Positions 32,792 to 42,341 of a stretch of 64,000 nucleotides of DNA are shown here, piece after piece (positions within the stretch are counted from its first letter, which is position 1; every line of letters begins with the position of its first letter). Made by a program: the position numbers and the translations under genes. Origin of the DNA: an uncultured delta proteobacterium (lineage in GTDB: Bacteria > Desulfobacterota > RBG-13-43-22). The notes beneath the pieces were generated by a model, which was not told where the DNA came from, made no database searches, and saw only the letters and a list, made by a program, of their open reading frames with translations. The stretch lies in NCBI GenBank assembly GCA_963790475.1, contig CAWBOS010000001.1, positions 128,001 through 192,000 on the forward strand. Direction: 5' to 3'.

Positions 32792-33370
32792 ATGCTGAAA
32801 AAAATAATGGTCGGGGCCTTCCAGGCCAATTGCTACATCCTGGGCCATCCCGGAAGCCGGGAAGGGCTAGTGATCGATCCCGGGGCGGAACCCTGGCGCA
32901 TCATACAGGAGATTACCAGGAGCAGTCTGAAAATAATCTACATCCTGATCACCCACGCCCATATGGACCACGTAGGAGGCGTTGGCGAACTCCGCCGGAT
33001 CACCAAGGCCCCGGTCCTCGTCCATGCTCTTGATGGGCCGGGATTGGACGCCCGCCCGGATGGAACCCTTACTGACGGACAGGAGATCACCCTGGGGACT
33101 TACCGGATAAAGGTCATTCACACCCCCGGACATTCTCCGGGAGGGGTATGTTTTCAGACCCCGGGTGCGGTCTTTACCGGGGACACCCTCTTCGCCGGGT
33201 CCATCGGCCGGACTGATTTCCCCGGAGGTGATCATCAAGGATTGATTCAGGGAGTGGTCAGGAAGATCTTTCCCCTGGGAGACGACCTGCGGATCTATCC
33301 GGGACACGGCCCGGCCTCGACCATCGGCCGGGAGCGTCGGACTAATCCCTTTTTCAGAGGGTATAGTTAA
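32792..33370 (+). CDS. MBL-fold metallo-hydrolase (glyoxalase II-like)
   Basis: THAHMDH, TPGHSPG, GDTLF, GRTDFPGG, PGHG. Confidence 0.93.
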   Translation: MLKKIMVGAFQANCYILGHPGSREGLVIDPGAEPWRIIQEITRSSLKIIYILITHAHMDHVGGVGELRRITKAPVLVHALDGPGLDARPDGTLTDGQEITLGTYRIKVIHTPGHSPGGVCFQTPGAVFTGDTLFAGSIGRTDFPGGDHQGLIQGVVRKIFPLGDDLRIYPGHGPASTIGRERRTNPFFRGYS

Positions 33371-33443
33371 GTTTTAAAGGACGTTGTTTCTGAGGCAATC
33401 AAATAAATAAATGAATTTAATAGTTCAGAAGGAGGAGATTACT

Positions 33444-34595
33444 ATGAAAGCAGAAGACGTAAAAACGATCGCCATGATCGGCGCGGGTGACATGGGTCAC
33501 GGAATTGCCGCTGCCTGTTTGATGGGCGGCTATAGAGTATTTTTACGCGATATCGATCAGAAGTTTGTAGATAAGGGAATGGCCGGCATCAAGGCCAGTT
33601 TTGATAAATTCAAGGAAAAGGGCCGAATGACGCCGGAGGCTTATACCGACGCCTTTGCCCGTCTGATCCCGATCGTCGATTTGCAGACGGCGGTGAAGGA
33701 CGCCGATTTTGTCATTGAAGCCGTTCCCGAAAAGCTGCAGCTCAAACAGAGCGTTTTTGCCGACCTGGACAAGTTCGCGCCCAAACAGGCCATTTTGGCC
33801 TCAAACACCTCCAACATCAGTATTACGGACATTGCTTCCGCTACACAGAGACCGGACAAGGTAATCGGCTATCACTTTTTCAATCCGGCCATCCTGATGA
33901 AACTGGTTGAAGTGACCAAGGGCCGGAAGACCTCCGATGAGTCCATCCAGATCGGCTATGATATTGCAAAAAAAATCGGTAAGGTCCCGGTCATTGTGAA
34001 AAAGGACTCGCCCGGCTTTATTTACAACCGGGTTAACGAGCCAACCCTGCTCTTGCTGTCCAAGATTCTGGAAGCGGGACATCCCACACCGGAAGAATTC
34101 GACGCGGCTCTCAAACCCATAATGCCCATGGCGCCGTTTGAGCTGATAGACTATGTCGGTATCGATATCGCCGTCCATGGCCTGGAATATTTTGCCGAGG
34201 TCCTTTCCAAAGAATACAAACCATCCGAGGCGATCCTGTCTTACCTGAAATCGGGGAACCTGGGCAAGAAGACCGGCAGGGGCGTATATGATTGGTCCAA
34301 GGGCCGGCCCATGATCGATCTGTCCAAGGCAACCAAGGAATTTGACCTTAATCATATGGTTGCCCTCCAAGTCAACGAAGCCACCAAGCTTATAGAAGAG
34401 GGCGTGTGCGACGATCCGAAAGAAATCGATCTGGCCATGGCCAACGGCGGCGGCTCGCCCTTCGGTCCCTTTGCGCTGGCGCAAGGCATTGGTTACCTTG
34501 TGCTCTTGGCCAAGCTGGATGAGTTATACAACAAATTCAAACTGGAGATATTCAAACCGACCAAGACGATGCAGGCCGGTCAGATCAAGGTCTGA
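33444..34595 (+). CDS. 3-hydroxyacyl-CoA dehydrogenase family
   Basis: IGAGDMGHG, IEAVPE, SNTS, HFFNP, PGFIYNR; duplicated C-terminal domain. Confidence 0.93.
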   Translation: MKAEDVKTIAMIGAGDMGHGIAAACLMGGYRVFLRDIDQKFVDKGMAGIKASFDKFKEKGRMTPEAYTDAFARLIPIVDLQTAVKDADFVIEAVPEKLQLKQSVFADLDKFAPKQAILASNTSNISITDIASATQRPDKVIGYHFFNPAILMKLVEVTKGRKTSDESIQIGYDIAKKIGKVPVIVKKDSPGFIYNRVNEPTLLLLSKILEAGHPTPEEFDAALKPIMPMAPFELIDYVGIDIAVHGLEYFAEVLSKEYKPSEAILSYLKSGNLGKKTGRGVYDWSKGRPMIDLSKATKEFDLNHMVALQVNEATKLIEEGVCDDPKEIDLAMANGGGSPFGPFALAQGIGYLVLLAKLDELYNKFKLEIFKPTKTMQAGQIKV

Positions 34596-34764
34596 GTAAG
34601 CAGTGTCCGCTATTCCGGTCGTGGAGATGACGCTTTCATCCCCACGACCGAACTATGAATTAAAATAGGAATAAAGGGAAATTTTCTTCATTCTCAATAG
34701 AGTTCAAATCTTTAGTTAAAAAATAAACCAATAAGAACGATGAATTAAATTTTTTTAGGGATTG

Positions 34765-34780
34765 TGGCACCGGATTTGCT
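34765..34780 (+). promoter_or_regulatory. sigma54 (-24/-12) promoter
   Basis: TGGCAC-CGGAT-TTGCT matches TGGCAC-N5-TTGCW; AT-rich upstream region. Confidence 0.75.
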
Positions 34781-34881
34781 TAATACTTATAATTAATTAG
34801 ATGATTCGGTGATCCAATCAAAGAGGCAGCAGAGGTCTAATAAAGCAAATTCAATAAATTTATAATTGAAGGTTAAAGTTA

Positions 34882-35073
34882 ATGGAGCTATTAAAAAAGA
34901 CTGAAGGCACTGGTGAGAAGATAGAGGCATTAAGAAGGGCCTTAATCGGTATTAATAATAAGAGGAGGGAGGCTTTCTTATTACTGAGTGCAATTCCGGA
35001 AGAATATCTGCCTGATATGGTGGAGCATCTTTGGATCCTGAATGGGCTCAATAAAACAGAGAGAATGAATTAG
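34882..35073 (+). CDS. Small hypothetical protein
   Basis: 63-aa ORF downstream of the sigma54 promoter. Confidence 0.4.
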   Translation: MELLKKTEGTGEKIEALRRALIGINNKRREAFLLLSAIPEEYLPDMVEHLWILNGLNKTERMN

Positions 35074-35216
35074 GGATGAGAAATATCTTCCTTGAATTCC
35101 GAAAGTTTTTACCCTGTTGAAAAAAGGCAAGAATTCTTCCTGCATTCTTCCATCGGCAAGGTCGGGGTTTTTCTTCGTCCTTAGATTCCACGATTTCTTT
35201 CCCTCCTGCCCGGCCA

Positions 35217-36158
35217 TTACAATTCATCCAAAACCTGAATGTTTTCCTTAAGCTCCTCGTAAGTGGCCATCGCTACTGCTGTTGTGCCGATAAACGAATG
35301 GTTTAAAACCCATCTTAAGGCGGACCGAAAAGAAGGCTTTTTTTCATCCGGAAAGGCATACGGTCCTGCCGAACAGGTTTTCATGGCGACAATTCCGATG
35401 TTGTTCTTCTCGGCTCTTTGAAGTTCTTTGATCATGCTCGGCTGATTCCATTCGGAGTAACGCCCTGTTTGGGAATGGACTAAGGACCCTTTGTGATTGA
35501 AGGTGGCCATGATGACATCATAAAACAGTTTCTCATTATTAGCTCTTATCATATCAGTCTGATTAGTATGCGTGGAAAATCCACAGGCCCGGATCTTTCC
35601 GGATGTTTTCGCTTTTTCAAAACATTGGAACACCACATCATGATAAATCAAATCGGTCGATTCGGAGTCATGAATCAACATGACATCAATATAGTCTGTC
35701 CGGAGGGCCTTCAAGCTTTGATCAATGGATGAATCCATTTCTTTTTTTATTCTTTCTGCAACCTCAACGGTCTGAATCGATTTCCCCCCGTTACGAATTC
35801 TCAATTTTGACTGAATAACTACCTTATCCCGCATGTTTTTTGTAACTTCTCCAACCATCTCCTCATTTTTTCCATTAAAGTAATGTCGTCCCGTATCAAT
35901 AAAATTCAGGCCTTTTTCCAATCCAATTTTTAAGAGCGCATTATCCAGTGAACGCGTTGCCCCAAAACCAACAGGCCTGACCTGGATCCCCGTTCTTCCC
36001 AGTTTTCGGGCTGCCCCTTTTTCTGAATACCCATAATTTATTGGAAAACTGCTCGCCACCCCTAATCCAATTAATCCTGCGGCTGTTTGTTTTATGAACC
36101 TTTTACGCGAAATTCCATTTTCTTTTTTTGATTCCAGGCGGTCTTTCAATATTCCCAT
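35217..36158 (-). CDS. Aldo/keto reductase with a Tat-like leader
   Basis: SRKRFIK leader, RKLGRTG, FIDTGRHY, LRTDYID, GFSTH, VAMK. Confidence 0.88.
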   Translation of the reverse strand: MGILKDRLESKKENGISRKRFIKQTAAGLIGLGVASSFPINYGYSEKGAARKLGRTGIQVRPVGFGATRSLDNALLKIGLEKGLNFIDTGRHYFNGKNEEMVGEVTKNMRDKVVIQSKLRIRNGGKSIQTVEVAERIKKEMDSSIDQSLKALRTDYIDVMLIHDSESTDLIYHDVVFQCFEKAKTSGKIRACGFSTHTNQTDMIRANNEKLFYDVIMATFNHKGSLVHSQTGRYSEWNQPSMIKELQRAEKNNIGIVAMKTCSAGPYAFPDEKKPSFRSALRWVLNHSFIGTTAVAMATYEELKENIQVLDEL

Positions 36159-36239
36159 CCCCCATCATAATAAAAAGAGTTGATCTGTAGCCGGTAAACC
36201 GTTTTCATTCTGTCTCTTATCTTTCCCCTTTTTTTCTCC

Positions 36240-36268
36240 TTGATCATGTCTTTTGGTTATTTTATACT
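36240..36268 (+). promoter_or_regulatory. Promoter module TTGATC-17-TATACT upstream of the MerB-like gene
   Basis: Same layout and flanks as the repeat B 3' end. Confidence 0.7.
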
Positions 36269-36318
36269 TTCGCCATGAAGAAGCAACTTCTTATTAATTG
36301 GAAAGGAGGAACTAAGGT

Positions 36319-37020
36319 ATGAGTTTGCCAGATATGCTCGGCAGAGTGTACGGAATCGCCCTAAGGCGGTTCGTCGCAACGGGACGGGCTCCGCACTACA
36401 CGGAGATCGCTGAGGAGGCGGGCGTGCCGGTGGAAGAAGGGCGTAAGGCTCTCCATGACCTGATCGATGCGGGAATTCCGGCGATGTGGCTGTATCCCGA
36501 GACGGACCTCATTTGCAGTATCGCGCCCTTCAGCAATCTCCCGACACAATACCGGATCAGCGTCGAGGGCGTGCAGAAATGGTTCGGCCAGTGAGGGTTC
36601 GAATCGCTGGCAGTTAGCTGGCTTTATCCCGGGAAAGTGGTCCGAATCGATGCGCCGTGTCTCGACTGCGGTTCACCGATTCGTGTGGAGATGAAGGACG
36701 GTGCTGTACTGAAAGAGGAGCCGAAGGGAATCATGGGATATGTCGCCGTTCCATTTTCCAAATGGATGCAGGGGTTTCCCTATGCCTGAAGCACCATGAA
36801 CCTCTTCCGGTCGGAAGAGCACATCAGGAGCTGGTCCCGGTTCGTCCCCGCTGCGGAACAAGGCATCGTCCCACTCGCGAACTTGGTCATGCTGTTCTCC
36901 CTGGATATGTTTAAAAAACGGCTTGAACCCGATTACATTGCCCGCAGTGGTCAGTATGTAGGAGAATTCCTATCGGCCATCGCTGAACTGGCCAAAACGA
37001 GACCCTTCTGGCAGATGTGA
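36319..37020 (+). CDS. MerB-like organometallic lyase; predicted selenoprotein with two Sec (U92, U157), 233 aa
   Basis: One frame interrupted only by TGA 36592-36594 (WFGQ-U-GFE) and TGA 36787-36789 (PYA-U-STMNLFRSEEH); N-terminal HTH, APFS, CLDC; strong RBS. Confidence 0.85.
36785..36828 (+). promoter_or_regulatory. Candidate bacterial SECIS hairpin for the second UGA
   Basis: CTCTTCC-GGTC-GGAAGAG (36802-36819), 12 nt after the UGA; outer CCTGA/TCAGG pairing. Confidence 0.7.
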
Positions 37021-37102
37021 AGGACTTTGGTCTGGGGGAATGAGTCGGTCACTTAAAATTCGTACCAAAAAAATAAAACAATAAGTGGCCTAGGTACACA
37101 CC

Positions 37103-37133
37103 AAAGGCAGGGTCAAACGGTCCTGCCTTTCTT
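37103..37133 (+). terminator. Rho-independent terminator
   Basis: AAAGGCAGG/CCTGCCTTT stem followed by CTT. Confidence 0.6.
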
Positions 37134-37320
37134 ACACACAGTTCGAACGGTAATCGATAATTTTTGGAACGATCGCCTTATAGTAATTGTAGGTGAAGTC
37201 TCAAGAAGAGTAATCTTGACCCAATCTGTCAAGCCAACTTCTGTTCAGGAGAAATTAGGATTTGAATCTAACAACACCAAAGCTCATTTGCCTTCAAATT
37301 TGTTGCGGGTTCAAGAGGCC

Positions 37321-37827
37321 ATGAAACCGACACGCGTGTTCATTCACGGATTGGAAAGCTCGAGCCGGGGAACCAAGGGTGTATTTTTCCATGAACGATA
37401 TCCCGACATGATCATCGAGGACTATTTCGGTTTATTTTCCCAGCGGATGGAGAAGCTCGAGGGGCTTCTGGCCAGGGAGGACCATCTTATCCTCGTCGGA
37501 TCCAGCTACGGAGGGCTGATGGCTGCCGTGTATGCCTGTCTGCATGAAGAACGGGTAAAAAAACTCATCCTTCTCGCGCCGGCCCTGAACTCAGAGCCAT
37601 ATCAACCCTGTCTGAAAAAGAAGTTGTCTATGCCCATCACCCTGTTTCACGGCCGTCAGGACGATGTGGTGCCCTTGGCGCCGGTCCGGGCTATCGCCGA
37701 GCGGTGTTTCATGAATCTCAAATTCAACGCGGTAGAAGACGATCATTTTCTGCAAGATACCTTTCCAACCCTGGAGTGGGATAAACTCCTCAGTCTTCAT
37801 AGTGAAACGGAGGACGACCTTAAATAA
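37321..37827 (+). CDS. Alpha/beta hydrolase (YqiA-like esterase)
   Basis: FIHGLES, GSSYGG, LLAPA, HGRQDDVVP, DDH. Confidence 0.88.
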   Translation: MKPTRVFIHGLESSSRGTKGVFFHERYPDMIIEDYFGLFSQRMEKLEGLLAREDHLILVGSSYGGLMAAVYACLHEERVKKLILLAPALNSEPYQPCLKKKLSMPITLFHGRQDDVVPLAPVRAIAERCFMNLKFNAVEDDHFLQDTFPTLEWDKLLSLHSETEDDLK

Positions 37828-37888
37828 TTCAATTGGCTTAAAAAGGGTCTATGATCGGATATTTTTTGAGTATCTTCAGAGAAAAACC

Positions 37889-38341
37889 ATGAATGACTAT
37901 CATCCAAACCGCAAAGAATACGATCCACGAATGCATTCTGCCGAGCATATTTTAAACCAAACGATGGTGCGACTGTTCAACTGCGGGAGAGCGTTCAGTG
38001 CCCATATCGAAAAGAAAAAGTCGAAATGTGATTATCTCTTCGATCGGAATCTTACCGAAGAGGAAATTTGGGCCATTGAAAATAAAGTCAACGAAATTAT
38101 TCAGGCTGATCTTCCAATCAGGGAACACCTTCTGCGCCGTGAAGAAGCCAGCAAAGTCGTTTCACTGGCTAAACTTCCAGACGATGCGGGAGAGGGCGTG
38201 CGAATTGTCAGCATTGGTGATTATGATGTATGCCCTTGCAGTGGCCGGCACGCTTTGACAACGAGAGAAATCGGAACATTCAAGATCATATCCGGTGCTT
38301 ATGCAAATGGCAGCTTACGCATTAGATTTAAACTGGTGTGA
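37889..38341 (+). CDS. Free-standing Ala-tRNA editing domain (AlaX-S-like)
   Basis: HSAEHIL and CPCSGRH zinc-binding motifs. Confidence 0.85.
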   Translation: MNDYHPNRKEYDPRMHSAEHILNQTMVRLFNCGRAFSAHIEKKKSKCDYLFDRNLTEEEIWAIENKVNEIIQADLPIREHLLRREEASKVVSLAKLPDDAGEGVRIVSIGDYDVCPCSGRHALTTREIGTFKIISGAYANGSLRIRFKLV

Positions 38342-39711
38342 GTCATAAATACCTGAAATCGAGGTCAGGTCTCATGAAAAAAATAATTTATTTATCAGCC
38401 CAATATATTAATGGTTTCAGTCTGATGGATCATCGCACCATTAAGATTGAGGGGAGATCTTATCCAGAAAAATATAATAGTGAAGGTCAAAAGGAAAAAG
38501 ATTTTAAGATTTACGGCTACCGATGGGTAATTCTTCTGCTTTTTATTATTATCAACATATTGATGCAGCTTCAGTGGATAACCTTTGCCCCAATCGCCAG
38601 TGAGGCGAAACAATATTATAACGTTCCTGCCCTGCAAATCGACCTCCTTTCTCTGATCTTTATGATCGTTTATATTTTCGTATCCATTCCGGCATCGTAT
38701 ATCATTGACACCCGGGGCATCCGGATCGGCATCGGAACCGGTGCTGCCTTTCTGGGTATCTTTGGAATGATCAAAGGACTCTACGGCGCAAGCTATGAAA
38801 TGGTGGTCATCGCCCAGATCGGGATTGCGGTCGGACAGCCTTTCATTCTGAATGCCGTCACCAAGGTGGGGGTCCGATGGTTTCCCCTGAATGAGCGGGC
38901 GACCCAGGCGGGCCTGGCCGTGCTGGCGCAGTTCGTGGGGATACTTCTGGCGATGGCCCTTACACCGGCTCTCTTCAAAGCATACGGACTGGAAAAGATG
39001 CTGATGATCTACGGAGTGGCCGCCCTTGCCGGTGCCGTGATCTTTATTCTTTTCAACAGGGAATGCCCCCTTACACCTCCCTGTCCTCCCGGCCATGATG
39101 AGCGTATTCCGGTTTTCAACGGACTCAAACACATCTTCAAGCAGAGAGACATGATCTTACTCATCCTCGTGTTCTTCTTAGCGCTGGGGATCTTCAACGC
39201 GGTTGCGACCTGGGTGGAGCAGATCGTTAGCCCGCGCGGATTCACCATTGCCCAGGCCGGGGTCGCCGGAGCGATCATGATGTCAGGCGGCATTGTCGGC
39301 GCGATCATCCTACCGCCTCTTTCCGACAGACTGCGAAAGAGAAAGATCTTTCTTGTCCTCTCGATGATCGGCGTTATTCCTGGTCTCTTGGGAATGACCT
39401 TCACCGGCAGTTATGGACTTCTTATCGCCTCAAGCTTCATATTCGGTTTCTTTCTCATTGGGGGCGGGCCTATCGGCTTCCAGTACGGCGCTGAAATATG
39501 CTATCCGGCGCCTGAGGCCACTTCGCAGGGCCTGCTTCTCCTAGCGGGGCAGATTTCGGGCATCCTCTTCGTCTTCGGCATGGACATGGCAACGGAGCCG
39601 GGTGCCCCTAAGACACCGGCCATGCTCCTCTTCATAGTGTTCGCGGTGGTCTGTGTCCTCCTTGAGCTGATGCTCAGGGAATCCAAGTTGGTAACAACAG
39701 ATGACATTTGA
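38338..39711 (+). CDS. MFS transporter (start may be 38425)
   Basis: YGYRWVIL, WFPLNERATQ, about 12 hydrophobic segments, AEICYPAPEATS. Confidence 0.9.
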   Translation: MSHKYLKSRSGLMKKIIYLSAQYINGFSLMDHRTIKIEGRSYPEKYNSEGQKEKDFKIYGYRWVILLLFIIINILMQLQWITFAPIASEAKQYYNVPALQIDLLSLIFMIVYIFVSIPASYIIDTRGIRIGIGTGAAFLGIFGMIKGLYGASYEMVVIAQIGIAVGQPFILNAVTKVGVRWFPLNERATQAGLAVLAQFVGILLAMALTPALFKAYGLEKMLMIYGVAALAGAVIFILFNRECPLTPPCPPGHDERIPVFNGLKHIFKQRDMILLILVFFLALGIFNAVATWVEQIVSPRGFTIAQAGVAGAIMMSGGIVGAIILPPLSDRLRKRKIFLVLSMIGVIPGLLGMTFTGSYGLLIASSFIFGFFLIGGGPIGFQYGAEICYPAPEATSQGLLLLAGQISGILFVFGMDMATEPGAPKTPAMLLFIVFAVVCVLLELMLRESKLVTTDDI

Positions 39712-40008
39712 TATTCCGGGGGATGGCCAAGAAACTCTTCAATACGCATAAGCAATAAAATTTTCTTTGGGGATTGACTTGAGAAGATTTTTCTGATACG
39801 TTCAAAATTACAATTCTAAGAAATGAAAAACCTCAAAAAGTAACCTTTATCAAGTTCGCAAGAATTTCAACCCTGCTTTTAAATTTTAGGGGGCCGCTTC
39901 TTCGGCCCGTTCGAGGCGACAGATAAGCCCCACCTTTTTTTCGTAATTCATATTTGAGCCTAACCATCGGTATATGATATTTATGAGATAGGCCCAGAAA
40001 GGTGAACC

Positions 40009-40449
40009 ATGTCAGTAATAAATTTTCTGAAAAAAACAGCATACTGGACTGGAGTTTTCCTTTGCATTTTCTCCATCAGTAGGGCATCGGTGTCGCTCGG
40101 CGGTCAGTCCGCAGGAATTGTTCAAAGCGTGAAAGTGACTGCCGGCTGGTATGGATTAAGACATCACAAAAAGCCCACGGCCAATGGACAGAGATTCGAC
40201 ATGTACAAAAACACCCTGGCCCACAGGACATTACCCTTAGGGACTAAGGTCCGGCTTGTCACCCTGGATAATAAAAAATCCGCTGTAGGGGTGGTCAATG
40301 ACCGGGGCCCCTTTACCAAAGGCCGGGACTTGGATGTCTCCTATGCGATGGCCAAGCAACTTGGCTTCGTCAGGAAAGGAGTCGTGAAGCTCTACCTAAG
40401 TACCTTGGAAGGAAATGAGGGAAATAGGGAATCAGGCCAAGGGGGTTGA
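40009..40449 (+). CDS. RlpA-like DPBB lytic transglycosylase
   Basis: TANGQRFD, AHRTLPLGT, VNDRGPF, DVSYAMA. Confidence 0.9.
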   Translation: MSVINFLKKTAYWTGVFLCIFSISRASVSLGGQSAGIVQSVKVTAGWYGLRHHKKPTANGQRFDMYKNTLAHRTLPLGTKVRLVTLDNKKSAVGVVNDRGPFTKGRDLDVSYAMAKQLGFVRKGVVKLYLSTLEGNEGNRESGQGG

Positions 40450-40455
40450 AATAAT

Positions 40456-41139
40456 ATGGGCACCACTATTCACCGCATCCCAATGGGAGTAGGTAATATC
40501 TATATTCTCAGAGACCGGGGCACTGTGGTCATTGACGGTGGCGCCCCTAAAAAGGACAAAGTCTTTTTAAAAAATCTCGAAAAAGCCGCTATTAAACCCG
40601 ATGAAATAAAGTGCATTATTCTTACTCACGGCCACTGGGATCATATCGGATCTGCCGCCGATATTAAAGAGATTACCGGAGCCAAGATCCTTATGCACGA
40701 AGAAGAAAGAAAATGGCTTGAAACGCCTCTAAAAAAAATGCCTCCCGGCGTGACCCCCTGGGGGAAAATCCTGAGTTCCATTCTCTCGGGCCTGACGCTC
40801 CCGTTTATCCTTATCAAACCGGCGAAGGTCGATATCGCCGTTACGGACGATGAATTTTATCTGGAGGATTACGGGATTCCTGGCAGGATCGTTTATACCC
40901 CGGGACACACAACCGGATCGATCAGTATCCTCCTGGATTCGGGTGAGGCCTTTGTGGGAGACCTGGCCATGAACGCCTTTCCCTTACGCACTTCGCCCGG
41001 ATTGCCGGTTTTTGCGGAAGATATGCCCGCCGTACTCGCCAGTTGGAAAAGGCTCCTGGACAAGGGCGTAACAACGATCTACCCCGGCCACGGGCGGCCT
41101 TTCCCTGCAGAAATCATAAAAAAGGCCATAGGCTATTGA
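40456..41139 (+). CDS. MBL-fold metallo-hydrolase
   Basis: THGHWDH, TPGHTTGS, GD, PGHG. Confidence 0.9.
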   Translation: MGTTIHRIPMGVGNIYILRDRGTVVIDGGAPKKDKVFLKNLEKAAIKPDEIKCIILTHGHWDHIGSAADIKEITGAKILMHEEERKWLETPLKKMPPGVTPWGKILSSILSGLTLPFILIKPAKVDIAVTDDEFYLEDYGIPGRIVYTPGHTTGSISILLDSGEAFVGDLAMNAFPLRTSPGLPVFAEDMPAVLASWKRLLDKGVTTIYPGHGRPFPAEIIKKAIGY

Positions 41140-41190
41140 AAAAAAAGGACAGTGGGAGTTCACTTCCCTTTTTAAGTTCTTACCAGGAGA

Positions 41191-41936
41191 ATGCTTATGA
41201 ATGATCAGCGCGTTCAGGTTCCTCAAAAGGCCTGGTACGGAGACTCGGAGATTGAATTGAGTTTTCCTGAAGACTGGCAGGTAAAATACCAGGCCATGCC
41301 GGTTGAAAAAAGACCCAGGGCAAGTCATCAGAGGTTATCTCCACCGAGCAGAACGCCGGGGCAGCGGCCCTGATGGCCGAGTACAACGGTCTGGACCGGT
41401 ATCCGCATATTCAGGAAAAACTGGCCTGGCTGGCCATGCACGCCAAGATTGTCGACGTCATGGCCCAGGCCGGATGCGAGCACCCGACCGTCTATCCGGA
41501 TATTAATCTGGTGGCGCCCAACGTCATGTACACCAATATTGCCAAGTACATGTTTGCCAATGATCAGCATGAGACATCAAAACTGGTCGGGGACATCACC
41601 GGCGGGATCGCCTCCACCGTGTTCACCTACAAAGACTGGATGAATCCTGAGGAAAGACCCCATATCGAGAAATACCTGGCCGGAAAAGACGGCATCCCGA
41701 CCGAAGACCGGCTGAAAGCCATTCGGATGGTCAAGGATCTCATCGGCCACGGCCACGATAATGTAACCATTCATGCGGAAGGCTCTTTGGCCTCCCAAAA
41801 GATGATGATCTATTCCTCGGCAGAATGGAAAAAATACAAAGCCATTGCCAAGAGGATCGCCGGAATTAAGGGTTGGAGAGAGGACGCCCCGGATATGGCG
41901 GACTTGCCGGACTGGCCGGGTGAAAAGATTATTTAA
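41191..41936 (+). pseudogene. Chimeric remnant: lactate racemase (LarA)-like N-terminus joined to a 4-hydroxyphenylacetate 3-hydroxylase / 4-hydroxybutyryl-CoA dehydratase C-terminus
   Basis: VPQKAWYGDSEIELSFPEDWQV, then in another frame AALMAEYNGL..HIQEKL..DITGG..IHAEGS. Confidence 0.7.
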
Positions 41937-41968
41937 GGATTATTAAGGGGAACAGAAAATAGATTGCA

Positions 41969-42149
41969 TTTACCGCAAAGTCGCAAAGATCGCAGAGGAG
42001 AATGTTTTTTGCTTTCCGCTGAGAAGGCGGAAAGCAAAAAGAGCTCTTTGCATTTGCCTGCTCCTCACAGGCAAATGCAAAATCTCTAACTTATCGTACT
42101 CGGCGTTTTTAACGAGCCCTATTTTAATCAGGGCGAGTGGGCGGTCAAA
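41969..42149. repeat. Multi-hairpin intergenic element (REP/MITE-like)
   Basis: Terminal ACCGC/GCGGT; two perfect 14-bp stems (42006-42040, 42047-42081); CGCAAAG/CGCAGAG 9-nt-period repeats. Confidence 0.75.
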
Positions 42150-42341
42150 TTCCTTTTCATAGGGAACCTATTTTATGCTCTCAGCAATAACTGACCGTAT
42201 TTTAAGGGTCGATGCGGTTCGGGGCCATAGAATGGCTTTCGATTAATTAACCAAAGGTATGCCAGGAGCGGGTCAAACACCTTCCGGCATCCTTTTGTTT
42301 CTTCAGGATAACCCCAAACCTCTAAACGAAAGGACAGGGAA

